Shown piece after piece: positions 25,854 through 33,908 of a stretch of 33,908 bases of DNA. Within the stretch, counting starts at the first letter, position 1. The number at the start of each line of letters is the position of its first letter. The notes under the pieces are model-generated. The model was not told the DNA's origin. It did not search any database and saw nothing but the letters and a program-made list of their open reading frames with translations. The translations under genes were made by a program, and so were the position numbers. Source of the stretch: a virus. Its lineage: Duplodnaviria > Caudoviricetes. The DNA is taken from positions 1 through 33,908 of the IMG/VR virus record IMGVR_UViG_3300038335_000008. One strand, given 5' to 3'.

Positions 25854-26019
25854 ATATTTCTAACTCCCATGTGTCAATAATGGCTTGACATAGCCAATAG
25901 GATGTTTCTTTGACTCGCCAATGTGTGCGATGGTTATTCTCCACCACTTGCCCGACCTCGCCCCATTTGTCAATTAGGGTCTGACCGATTAAGATGGGTT
26001 TGCCGTTGATGTCAGTCAT
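25834..26019 (-). CDS. Small YopX-C-terminus-like protein
   Basis: TDINGKPILIG resembles the YopX D.NG..I..GD motif. Confidence 0.55.
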   Translation of the reverse strand: MTDINGKPILIGQTLIDKWGEVGQVVENNHRTHWRVKETSYWLCQAIIDTWELEIYDERAT

Positions 26020-26795
26020 AATCGCAATGTCATAGGTACTTCACTCAACATTTTTTCCTTTGCCTCCTTGTAGAAGTCTTTTTTAATCTCGAACCCATAA
26101 GCGTGTCGGTTGAGTTCGGCAGCAGCTCGAAGCGTTGAACCACTACCGGCAACGGGATCAATTACTACATCGCCATTGTCCGTAAATATGCTTATGAGTT
26201 TTTTAAGTACGGGAATGGGTTTTTGTGTCGGGTGTAATTTGGGGTAACTGTTATCGGTTTCCCATTCAAACCAGTTCATAATCATTCGCCCGTCATTGTT
26301 GAACTTCGGTAACTTATCACGGTATAGAACTACCGCATATTCGCAACCGCCTACAATTTTCATGTTTGCTTTTAAGACTTGTGATGATGATTTCTTAATA
26401 AATATCAACGGGTAATGATTATTGAACCCGTATTTCTGACCATATTCGACTAACATCGGTATTTGTTGAAATGCACAGAATACAATCATTGCCGGTGCTT
26501 TGCCTGACTCTTTCGGTTCTTTGATTAACAAGGTCGAACAGAAGTGCATGAACTCCGCAATCTTAAAATTCTCGTCGGTGTCGAAGAATGATTTACCTGC
26601 TAACTCCGATTCGCCGTTTGCGTTATCTCCGTCTTTGTACCATACCGGGTTCGAAGCATAGGCATTATTCCCTAGGTTGTATGGTATATCTGCAATGACT
26701 AACTGTGCCTTTGGTATGCCATAGCGTTTGTAGTTTTGAAAGTGATCGTTGTACAGTTCGCACTTGGTTTCTCGTTCGGGTTTTTGGAATGTCAC
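26016..26795 (-). CDS. Second orphan DNA amino-methyltransferase (beta class)
   Basis: ADIPY, HPTQKP, IDPVAGSGST. Confidence 0.92.
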   Translation of the reverse strand: MTFQKPERETKCELYNDHFQNYKRYGIPKAQLVIADIPYNLGNNAYASNPVWYKDGDNANGESELAGKSFFDTDENFKIAEFMHFCSTLLIKEPKESGKAPAMIVFCAFQQIPMLVEYGQKYGFNNHYPLIFIKKSSSQVLKANMKIVGGCEYAVVLYRDKLPKFNNDGRMIMNWFEWETDNSYPKLHPTQKPIPVLKKLISIFTDNGDVVIDPVAGSGSTLRAAAELNRHAYGFEIKKDFYKEAKEKMLSEVPMTLRL

Positions 26796-27364
26796 AGTAT
26801 CTCCCTCAGTTCCCTAAACGCTTGCCGGATGTCCTCAATCGGTCGCCATTCATCAAGATACATCACAGTACATACACGCTGCTTCTCGACGATTTTCCGT
26901 TTGACACCGTGTTCTCGCATGTATATGCAATTCGGTTCATCCTGTGGTTTTGGCATGGCTACGAATGTATCCATAAACGGTGGAGTGATGTAGATATGAT
27001 TTCCCTCGACTCGAATCCGTTCTTTGACCTCTATGTTCTTTTTGGCTTCTTTCATGCGTTCACGTGATTCTTTATTCATGCGTTTCACTTTTTCCCTCTG
27101 CCACTCGTTGCGTTGGCGTTGATCTAGGTAAACTCCATTCGTAAAGTCCTCTACATTACATCCAAATTTCTCCGCTAATATTTCGGCACGTTCTACCGTG
27201 ATGGCTTTCATCGTTCCTCTTGTGCCGAAGTAATTCGAAGCTCGAAGTTGCATGATTTCCGACAGGTCGCCAAGCGTCAGTTTTAAGGACTCTTTATAGA
27301 CCATTGCTTTCTCTCGGTCAAACTTCAATCTCGGTGTGTTTTTTGTGATACCCGGTTTATTCAT
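26792..27364 (-). CDS. Protein with N-terminal XRE-like HTH
   Basis: LTLGDLSEIM...AEILAEKFGCNVEDF. Confidence 0.65.
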   Translation of the reverse strand: MNKPGITKNTPRLKFDREKAMVYKESLKLTLGDLSEIMQLRASNYFGTRGTMKAITVERAEILAEKFGCNVEDFTNGVYLDQRQRNEWQREKVKRMNKESRERMKEAKKNIEVKERIRVEGNHIYITPPFMDTFVAMPKPQDEPNCIYMREHGVKRKIVEKQRVCTVMYLDEWRPIEDIRQAFRELREIL

Positions 27365-28116
27365 TTAGTACCCTTTCTAATCTGTTCAATCAATGTATTT
27401 CGGTCGACTGAATCGTCTATTTTCGGTTGTTGGTAAGTCGGTTCATATTCGGGTAGTATGTCCTCCCTATTGGATGGCTTGGGTTTTTCTTTTTCCCTTG
27501 CACTCCAACCTCGCACCGCTGCTTTCCAGTCTTTCATTTTGTTCTTTCCTACATACCATCCTTTTGATTCATAATGGGAAAGGAACGTTTCTGCATTGAC
27601 TTGATACCCCTGTTCCCTTATAAAATCAATCAATTCTTCTAGAGAGGGAGGGGCGAAAGTCCTACTATTATTAACTCTTCTATTCTCTTCTATACTAATC
27701 TCTTCTATACTATGCGGTCGTTTGTCCGTCAGTTGTCTGACACTTGTCTGACAGTTGTCCGTCATTTGTCCGTCAATGATACGATATTTGCCATTTTCCT
27801 CAGTCATTAACTGTGCTTTTTCCCTTACATAATCGGTTTCTTTTATCCGATCGGGGCGAATTACATTGTGCATTTTCCAGTGTTTGATGACGATTACACC
27901 CGATTCAAACGCTAATATAAACCGTTTGCCGAGTAGTATTTTCAAATCATCTTCACTGGCATTGATAAATCTCATGACTTTTTTAGGACTGTTCACAAAG
28001 CCTTCATCGTCAGCTTCCATATTCAGATGAAAATACAAATTTTGACTTGAATGCGGCATTGAAAGAAATTCATCACTCTGTGTTATTTTCTTGGTAAACA
28101 TTCTTTTTTCTGCCAC
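27361..28116 (-). CDS. Phage replication initiator/replisome organiser
   Basis: MAEKRMF...LYFHL...ADDEG...IKHW..HN; C-terminal YESKGW.VGKNKMKDWKAAVR.W; contains iterons. Confidence 0.9.
   Translation of the reverse strand: MAEKRMFTKKITQSDEFLSMPHSSQNLYFHLNMEADDEGFVNSPKKVMRFINASEDDLKILLGKRFILAFESGVIVIKHWKMHNVIRPDRIKETDYVREKAQLMTEENGKYRIIDGQMTDNCQTSVRQLTDKRPHSIEEISIEENRRVNNSRTFAPPSLEELIDFIREQGYQVNAETFLSHYESKGWYVGKNKMKDWKAAVRGWSAREKEKPKPSNREDILPEYEPTYQQPKIDDSVDRNTLIEQIRKGTK
27662..27775. repeat. Replication origin: five 11-bp-period iterons plus AT-rich repeats
   Basis: TTGTCCGTCA/TTGTCTGACA at 27722, 27733, 27744, 27755 and 27766; adjacent CTCTTCTAT x3 AT-rich tract. Confidence 0.8.
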
Positions 28117-28117
28117 T

Positions 28118-29158
28118 CTATCCCTCCCAATCTTTGATAAATGGTTTTATCTTCTTTTTAATCTCGTTGTATTCTTTCTGCTGAACTAAATCCAATCTAA
28201 TATTCGGATAATATTTACTCATTCTTTTGAGTCTTGTTTTGCTCTTTTCATCCATCCAACCCTTAATCTCAACGTAATACGGAATTGAATCTTCTTTATC
28301 CCATATTTTAAAATCCGGTGTATAACTTCTAGTGCCTCTTTTAATCTCTTTGAACTCAAACACATCTGCTTCATACTCCCATTTGTAGATCAACTTCTTT
28401 TCTTTTAGAAAGTTTAAGTATCTAGCATAATTTGCTTCCCATGAGCTTCTTACGAATAAACCACCTAAATCCTGTCGCTTACCGCATTTTGTTCTAGAAT
28501 AAGGGTTGTGTCGCTCTCTGTTCATTTGTGCGTTATGCATATAGTCACTGTGTTTTTGTTTGTTTTCTTCTGAGTTATAAACACTATTCGGGTCTTGCCA
28601 AGCTTCTTTAACTCTCTTAGAAATCTGTTTCCTATATTCCTCGGAGTGTGTTTTACCTAACATCCCTCTTGGATGTTCATTGTTCTTGTGATACTCTTTC
28701 ATGTCTATTGATTTTTTAATTCTTAAATGAGGATAATTTACAAACGCTTGTGTTGCTAGTTTTGTTAATCTTTCTTTCTTTTGCTGATCACTTTCTCTGA
28801 CCCAACCGACTTTTCTATACATGCCGGTTTCATCTTTGAATGATTTCGGATTTTCAAAGTCAATTCTTTTTACATCCAATCCGAGTTCTCTCGCTTTTCT
28901 GCATACATTCGTTTTGTGTTTTCCTAACACTTTGGAAACTTCTTGCAACCTATCACTTGAATAGTTTTTTTTGAGATAATCTAATTCACTTTCTGTGTAA
29001 TTATGATTGACTGATATTTTTAATTTATATGCTCTGTTTCTTACACCACCAACGCTGCGTGATAGAATTTCTGATATTTCGGTAAGTGGTAGATTTTTTT
29101 GATATAACTCAGCGAGTTTTTGATCTTCCTCTTTTGTCCATTCATTCATTCGCCCCAC
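28118..29158 (-). CDS. Putative homing endonuclease: HTH repeats + NUMOD3-like + PD-(D/E)XK nuclease
   Basis: WTKEED...RNRAYKL repeats, GMLGKTHSEE, RSSWEANYA...YTPDF...VEIKGW. Confidence 0.78.
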   Translation of the reverse strand: MGRMNEWTKEEDQKLAELYQKNLPLTEISEILSRSVGGVRNRAYKLKISVNHNYTESELDYLKKNYSSDRLQEVSKVLGKHKTNVCRKARELGLDVKRIDFENPKSFKDETGMYRKVGWVRESDQQKKERLTKLATQAFVNYPHLRIKKSIDMKEYHKNNEHPRGMLGKTHSEEYRKQISKRVKEAWQDPNSVYNSEENKQKHSDYMHNAQMNRERHNPYSRTKCGKRQDLGGLFVRSSWEANYARYLNFLKEKKLIYKWEYEADVFEFKEIKRGTRSYTPDFKIWDKEDSIPYYVEIKGWMDEKSKTRLKRMSKYYPNIRLDLVQQKEYNEIKKKIKPFIKDWEG

Positions 29159-29469
29159 TCCCTTTTAAGTTGCCCCTCGATGATTCTCATCTGCAACTTG
29201 GTAACATTCAAATGCTCTTGGTTAGCGTCATACATCGTCTGTGCTATGTCTCGCTTCATGCGTAGTCTTGCTATCTCGGGTAGTCCGTAGATGACTTTAT
29301 CTATCATACCTATCGCCATACCACCGTCACGCAATCTCAGAGCTTCGGTTGATAATGCGACTTTGTAATCATGCTCGGACTGTGCCAAGCGTTGTCCGTT
29401 CTCTCGTAGGAGTTTCAGCGATGTGGTCAGTTCGGACATTTTACTTTGTAGTTCGTGAACGAGATCCAT
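29146..29469 (-). CDS. Coiled-coil hypothetical protein
   Basis: AGGAGG RBS, heptad pattern. Confidence 0.7.
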   Translation of the reverse strand: MDLVHELQSKMSELTTSLKLLRENGQRLAQSEHDYKVALSTEALRLRDGGMAIGMIDKVIYGLPEIARLRMKRDIAQTMYDANQEHLNVTKLQMRIIEGQLKREWGE

Positions 29470-29631
29470 CTAGTCCTCCTTTGATTCCGTCGGAGTTTCG
29501 TTTTTCTCAACGATATATTCGATATATTCGGGTGTATTTGTTATATGAACAACTAACCAACCCCTCCTTAAAAAGTAAGTCAAATCATCATCTTTTATAG
29601 GATATGTCCTAACAACTGCTTGTCTCTTCAT
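29470..29631 (-). CDS. 53-aa hypothetical protein (MKRQAVVRTYPIKDDD...)
   Basis: ATGA overlap upstream; TAG directly before the next ATG. Confidence 0.6.
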   Translation of the reverse strand: MKRQAVVRTYPIKDDDLTYFLRRGWLVVHITNTPEYIEYIVEKNETPTESKED

Positions 29632-29918
29632 TCGATATTCTCCTTTGCATTTTCAACCTTCGCCGAATAGTAACTCACATGACATTCCTCGTTACAGAAA
29701 TACTTATCATCTTCTTCATCTAAGTACATTTCTTTTTCATCTTCTATCCATTCACCACATTCATCACATTCTCTGTGGTTCATTTCCTCGTGCCAACATT
29801 CATCACAAAGTGTATAACCATGTTCAATGTGTTCGTGCGTTGCATCCCCTTGTTCAAATCTACTTCCACAACTGTCACATAAAGTGATTGGGTGTTGTGA
29901 CAATGGGTTTAAAATCAT
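29628..29918 (-). CDS. Cys-rich zinc-binding protein
   Basis: CDSC, CDEC, CDEC, CNEEC. Confidence 0.7.
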   Translation of the reverse strand: MILNPLSQHPITLCDSCGSRFEQGDATHEHIEHGYTLCDECWHEEMNHRECDECGEWIEDEKEMYLDEEDDKYFCNEECHVSYYSAKVENAKENIE

Positions 29919-30313
29919 GATTCAACCTCAACTTTCTTCAAGAAACCACATTCGATTGCTTTCTGTATTTCAATTGGTAAAGATTCAATGCCCTCTTCCG
30001 TGAAATATGTGTATGTCATTTCGTGTAAATAATATCCTTGAAAAGTAGATAATAAGCGAAGTGTAGAACTTCCAGAACCTTTGACGCTACACATAATGTA
30101 ATATTTCCTTTGTGCTTTTCGATTTTCTATCGGTGTCAAATAATATGCGGATAACAGTTCGGCTACGGTTTCGTTAGTTCCGCCATAAATTGCTATTGCC
30201 TTTTCCTCTTTGAACACATACCACAAACTTTCTTCTGACTCAAAGCAAATTTCGTTTTCTCTGAACGGTTCCCCGTGGTTTTTTAATAATTCTCTTAACT
30301 CACTTGTTTTCAT
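29915..30313 (-). CDS. Hypothetical protein
   Basis: Coupled ORF. Confidence 0.7.
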   Translation of the reverse strand: MKTSELRELLKNHGEPFRENEICFESEESLWYVFKEEKAIAIYGGTNETVAELLSAYYLTPIENRKAQRKYYIMCSVKGSGSSTLRLLSTFQGYYLHEMTYTYFTEEGIESLPIEIQKAIECGFLKKVEVES

Positions 30314-30606
30314 TTTTTGTACCTCCTCATTTCATCGGTAAATCCCGGGTATAATTCCTGTAAGTAAGTCCTCTGTCGCATTTTCATATGCTTGGAGTTA
30401 GTTGATTGATCTAATTTGAAATGGCATACCCAACACGCTAGTACGAGGTTCTCGGGTATCCCTAAGCCACCTCCCGATCGTGCGATTAGATGTGCTTGTT
30501 GAATGTTGTTTGGCGAACCACAGAACAGACAACAACCTTTATCCCTCTCATACACGATTTGACGGACTTTAGGCGATATGTCGCAAGCGTTACTTCGTTT
30601 GCTCAT
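30310..30606 (-). CDS. Small HNH-type zinc nuclease (NinG/Rap-like)
   Basis: ERD..CCLFCG...AHLI..S.GGLG..ENLVLACWVCH; start taken at MSKRS. Confidence 0.78.
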   Translation of the reverse strand: MSKRSNACDISPKVRQIVYERDKGCCLFCGSPNNIQQAHLIARSGGGLGIPENLVLACWVCHFKLDQSTNSKHMKMRQRTYLQELYPGFTDEMRRYKK

Positions 30607-30787
30607 GTAGTTCTTCGTAGGCAATCATCACTTGCTTAAGTTCGTTTGTTTTTGCGTGTAAATGCCATGTGTAATCATCTAATGTGTTTTGATAATGGGT
30701 TTCATCTAGGATTCCTTTTATCACTCCTAAAGTTGCCTTATCTAGCGATTCGCTTGAACACGCTTGTAATAGTTTTTTATAGTCCAT
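30590..30787 (-). CDS. Hypothetical protein
   Basis: AGGAGG RBS. Confidence 0.65.
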   Translation of the reverse strand: MDYKKLLQACSSESLDKATLGVIKGILDETHYQNTLDDYTWHLHAKTNELKQVMIAYEELHEQTK

Positions 30788-31367
30788 AATCCTCCTTTAA
30801 CTGTTCCCACATTGGAACATTCGGCAATACTTCAACAAACTTGAATCCGTCTTTTTTAAGGTGCAGACAGTAGCACTCTGTGATGTCAAATCCGTTATAT
30901 CGTGCCAACTCGAGATAAGCAGCGAGTTGAACTTCTAGCAATTCTGTGTTAATCTTACTTGTGGCTTTTAAGTCGATAATGACGGGTTGACCTCGGTATC
31001 GTGCGATCATGTCCAGTGTTCCGCAATATGCCCCGTTGGTTAACCGCTCTTCAATCCATGTCGGCTCAAAGCCTTTTAATTTCTTCGCAATCTTGTACTG
31101 AGTCAAGTAAGGTCGGATTTCATCATCCGGCAAGACTCCGATTTTCTCGAACAATTCCACGGATGAATGAACCCGTTTCCCTCTGTCCGCTGCTTTATCG
31201 AGGACTGCTTTCTCGATGTTGGCATAATACTTCATGGCTACGGTTCGCATGATTTCGCTAACTGATGGAAGTATCAGACCATCCACGATGTAAGTATGCG
31301 AGTCCTCGATGAACTCTATTTCCGCCGGATTCGTAACGACGATTTCACAGACGTTTCTTTCACACAT
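30777..31367 (-). CDS. PD-(D/E)XK (RecB/Cas4-like) exonuclease
   Basis: PSVSEI, RGKRVH, E...YCGTLD...IIDLKAT, QLAAY. Confidence 0.85.
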   Translation of the reverse strand: MCERNVCEIVVTNPAEIEFIEDSHTYIVDGLILPSVSEIMRTVAMKYYANIEKAVLDKAADRGKRVHSSVELFEKIGVLPDDEIRPYLTQYKIAKKLKGFEPTWIEERLTNGAYCGTLDMIARYRGQPVIIDLKATSKINTELLEVQLAAYLELARYNGFDITECYCLHLKKDGFKFVEVLPNVPMWEQLKEDYGL

Positions 31368-31630
31368 TCGAGATATACCTCCTCATGTTCTTCTTTAAGC
31401 TTCTTCTGATCAACCGATACTCTCGTGGTCGGTTCAATATAAGTAATCGTCATGTACTCGTTGTCGATGGACTTCACACCGTGCTTTTCCATGTTTTCTT
31501 TGAGGACTGCGACAATGCGGTCTTTTTCTTTTTCAAGGCTTTCGATGGTTCGGATGATGTGGTCGAGTTCGACTTTGGTGTACTCCGCCAAGTCCATTGA
31601 GCCGTTGGGTTGTCGTACTAAATCGGTCAT
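31316..31630 (-). CDS. Small coiled-coil protein of the recombination module (gp157-like)
   Basis: LKENMEKHGVKSI...VDQKKLKEEH...SLRI; lies between ERF and the nuclease. Confidence 0.65.
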   Translation of the reverse strand: MTDLVRQPNGSMDLAEYTKVELDHIIRTIESLEKEKDRIVAVLKENMEKHGVKSIDNEYMTITYIEPTTRVSVDQKKLKEEHEEVYLECVKETSVKSSLRIRRK

Positions 31631-32214
31631 TTCTTCGCCTTTCTCGCCATCAGAGCTCTTGCCTGCTCTTCGGTCAAATCTTCAAGTTTCGCAATCTTGT
31701 AATGCTCGTAGACTTTTGCTTTCTCGGTTTCGTTCAATGTAACCCCAAGATGTAAAACCTGCTCGGCGGTTGCCAATTTTACAGTTTGGCTCGGTTCTGC
31801 TTTCTGTTTCGGCTCTTCTTCTTTCCCATGCGTGTTTGTATCATCTGAATCTTTTGTGTCATCAATAGCAAACATTCCGTTTAGGGCGTACTTACGAGCA
31901 TAAGATGATGTGCTTCCAGTAATCTGTGAACCATCTTGACCTTTCTTGTTTTCTTCTTCCCTAGCAAATGCTGTAACTTCGATAAATTGATCTGTACCTA
32001 TATCATTCAATTTAACGGTTGATTTAACATAATATCTCTCGCCAATCAGCGTGATTTCATCCGATATAGTTAATAGCAGATTATATTTTTTTAGTAACGG
32101 CTTAACAGACTCTAATATTGTTTCAGCACTCCTATATGAATAATTGCCGAACTTATTGAATAAGGATTTCGGACTTTTTAACTCCGATTGTAGTGCAAGC
32201 AGTTTATCTTTCAT
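31627..32214 (-). CDS. erf: ERF-family single-strand annealing protein
   Basis: FGNYSYRSAETIL, Q.TGSTSSYARKYALNGMFAIDD.KDSD. Confidence 0.92.
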   Translation of the reverse strand: MKDKLLALQSELKSPKSLFNKFGNYSYRSAETILESVKPLLKKYNLLLTISDEITLIGERYYVKSTVKLNDIGTDQFIEVTAFAREEENKKGQDGSQITGSTSSYARKYALNGMFAIDDTKDSDDTNTHGKEEEPKQKAEPSQTVKLATAEQVLHLGVTLNETEKAKVYEHYKIAKLEDLTEEQARALMARKAKK

Positions 32215-32686
32215 TGTTCAATAACTCCTGTCTTTTGTTATAAGCTTCTTCCAGTGTTGAAAATCTATATGTTTTCCCTTTGTGGCTTGTGGCAAAATTC
32301 TTTTTAAGACCGTTCGTGTTATCAATATGAACACCTACAACACCAGTCTTTTCATTTGGTTTCTTAGTTGTGTTCCTTATGTTGACTTTTCTTGTCACAA
32401 CTCTTAAATTTTCAATTCTGTTATCTGATCTATTTCTGTTGATGTGGTCGATTTCGCCGTTCGGAAGTTTATTATGATTTAACAAATAAACAATTCTGTG
32501 GGCTTTATATTGACGACCTTTAATTTTGATTATTAAGTATCCGTCTTTGTCATAAGAACCGCCACTGTTTTTACGATCATACCTTGTAAGACTTCCATCT
32601 TCGTTATATTTAAAATTATTAAGAATATAGTGAATGGTATCTTCATCAACTTGTTTTCCAGATAGCAGCGATTCTTTTTTTCTCAT
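32204..32686 (-). CDS. HNH homing endonuclease
   Basis: GYL...YKAHRIVY...EIDHINRNRSDNRIENLR; C-terminal TGVVGV AP2-like segment; ATGA start at 32686. Confidence 0.9.
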   Translation of the reverse strand: MRKKESLLSGKQVDEDTIHYILNNFKYNEDGSLTRYDRKNSGGSYDKDGYLIIKIKGRQYKAHRIVYLLNHNKLPNGEIDHINRNRSDNRIENLRVVTRKVNIRNTTKKPNEKTGVVGVHIDNTNGLKKNFATSHKGKTYRFSTLEEAYNKRQELLNNER

Positions 32687-32793
32687 AGTTTCCTCTCTTT
32701 CATAGGTGCGATATAACACTTCGTGTCAATGACTAACCACAACACGACGACCCCGGACATCATGCCGAGAATGTACATGACTACATACCCCAT
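32683..32793 (-). CDS. 36-aa membrane peptide (MGYVVMYILGMMSGVVVLWLVID...)
   Basis: Hydrophobic; stop overlaps the HNH ATG. Confidence 0.5.
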   Translation of the reverse strand: MGYVVMYILGMMSGVVVLWLVIDTKCYIAPMKERKL

Positions 32794-32996
32794 GTTTCCG
32801 CCCTCTCTTTCCATTCTGCGATGGCATCATATTGGTTCGAGTAGTATTTCCCGCCATCCCAATAGTGATTGCCGTTTTTCTCGTACAGACCCCAACACAC
32901 GACATATGGTGTGTAGGAGTTCCACCCCTCGACTAAGGCAATGTCTTGCCACAGTGCGAGGACTTTTAATTCAACTCCGCTGACGTATATTTTCAT
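32781..32996 (-). CDS. Hypothetical protein
   Basis: GGGGGG RBS, ATGA overlap, MKIYVSG start. Confidence 0.7.
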   Translation of the reverse strand: MKIYVSGVELKVLALWQDIALVEGWNSYTPYVVCWGLYEKNGNHYWDGGKYYSNQYDAIAEWKERAETWGM

Positions 32997-33160
32997 TCGT
33001 TCCCCCCTTTTTCTATCAATTCCTTTAACCACTTAACCCTTGTGTCAATTTTCTTGAAAATTGCTTGTTGTTTGCTTTCAGAATAACCACCGAAAACATA
33101 TGCGATTGCGTGTTCTTCTAAATATTCAAGTGCTTCTAATAGTTGCTTTTTGCTTTTCAT
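32993..33160 (-). CDS. 55-aa hypothetical protein (MKSKKQLLEALEYLEEH...)
   Basis: ATGA overlaps at both ends. Confidence 0.65.
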   Translation of the reverse strand: MKSKKQLLEALEYLEEHAIAYVFGGYSESKQQAIFKKIDTRVKWLKELIEKGGNE

Positions 33161-33249
33161 ATTTTACCAACCAGGTACCATGTACCAAGAGCCAAGCCGA
33201 TCGCATAGAGCATCGGGATGACCCACCATTTTAAGCGATAATGTTTCAT
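33157..33249 (-). CDS. 30-aa membrane peptide (MKHYRLKWWVIPMLYAIGLALGTWYLVGKI)
   Basis: ATGA overlaps at both ends, single TM helix. Confidence 0.55.
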   Translation of the reverse strand: MKHYRLKWWVIPMLYAIGLALGTWYLVGKI

Positions 33250-33908
33250 TTGTATTGTTCCGCCATTTCTCTAGATATGAAGAAGTGAATACCTCTAGAA
33301 CATTCATTCCATCTATCTTCATCATAATCATCAACTTTGACTGTTCCACCTACTTTGTAAACAAATGAATTATCGTGTTTTGAAAATCCTTCTTGAACAT
33401 CTAGCCATATATCGTTTTCTTTCTTTAGAATTTTTAAAACAAATGCTTCACTTGACCTACATTTCAATGTTGTGGCTGAACTTCTTTTTGCGTGTGCTGG
33501 TATTTTAAGCTTTGCGATTTTCTGCTCTGCAAGTTTCTTCCATGCAATGAACTCGCCATCAGGACATAACGGAAAGAAACCAACTGTATTTTCATTTGCT
33601 TTTACATTTTTTAATTCTGCACCACTCAAGATTGCACCACTCAAGTCTGCACCACGCAAGTCTGCACAACTCAAGTCTGCACTAATCAAGATTGCACGAC
33701 GCAAGTCTGCACCACTCAAGATTGCACCACTCAAGTCTGCACCACGCAAGTTTGCATAACGCAAGTCTGCACTAATCAAGATTGCACCACTCAAGTCTGC
33801 ACCACGCAAGTCTGCACTACTCAAGTCTGCACCACGCAAGTTTGCACCACTCAAGTCTGCACCACGCAAGTCTGCACTACTCAAGTCTGCACCACGCAAG
33901 TTTGCACC
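33246..33908 (-). CDS. 3' part of pentapeptide-repeat protein with DUF5758-like C-terminal domain
   Basis: A(D/N/I)LxG repeats, then CPDGEFIAWKK...IPAHAKRSSAT..KCR...ECSRGIHFF. Confidence 0.9.
   Translation of the reverse strand, partial: GANLRGADLSSADLRGADLSGANLRGADLSSADLRGADLSGAILISADLRYANLRGADLSGAILSGADLRRAILISADLSCADLRGADLSGAILSGAELKNVKANENTVGFFPLCPDGEFIAWKKLAEQKIAKLKIPAHAKRSSATTLKCRSSEAFVLKILKKENDIWLDVQEGFSKHDNSFVYKVGGTVKVDDYDEDRWNECSRGIHFFISREMAEQYK
33616..33908. repeat. 15-bp coding tandem repeats (pentapeptide units)
   Basis: TCTGCACCACGCAAG-type units, continuing at 1-128. Confidence 0.9.

Noticed and set aside
30777-31367. Cas4 of a CRISPR system
   Set aside because: There is no Fe-S cysteine set, no cas genes and no array; its position next to ERF indicates a recombination exonuclease.
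33164-33349. 61-aa minus-strand ORF from the track
   Set aside because: It overlaps the pentapeptide gene out of frame; the ATGA-coupled 33157-33249 ORF fits better.
1-33908. Stop-codon reassignment
   Set aside because: Genes tile densely in the standard code, and TAA, TAG and TGA all end coupled genes.

Overview
This window appears to be a complete, circularly permuted temperate siphovirus genome of a low-GC Firmicutes (Bacillota) host. Bases 1-113 equal bases 33796-33908, giving about 33,795 bp of unique sequence, and the cut falls inside a pentapeptide-repeat gene. Almost all genes are on the minus strand; only the cI-like repressor and the tyrosine integrase are on plus. Modules: (1) lysogeny switch with cro/cI, five 19-bp operators, integrase and attP; (2) early/replication genes: ERF, PD-(D/E)XK nuclease, replisome organiser with iterons, SSB, two orphan DNA methyltransferases, several free-standing endonucleases and a RinA/ArpU-like late activator; (3) HK97-type head with HNH, cos, TerS/TerL, portal, ClpP protease and capsid; (4) non-contractile tail with a -1 frameshifted chaperone; (5) lysis cassette; (6) a second adhesin cluster downstream of lysis. 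The most unusual items are: a dockerin-like module inside the tail-tip protein followed directly by a small membrane-anchored stand-alone dockerin sharing its motifs (candidate cohesin-receptor plus receptor-masking system); a 115-nt tRNA-like RNA with a 7/6 acceptor/T helix, a TGCAAAT T-loop and no canonical anticodon arm in the late leader; about 180 bp of daisy-chained inverted repeats beside attP; and an attP that carries a strong promoter, RBS and ATG aimed at a terminator. All protein assignments come from motif recognition and gene order by eye; no searches were run.
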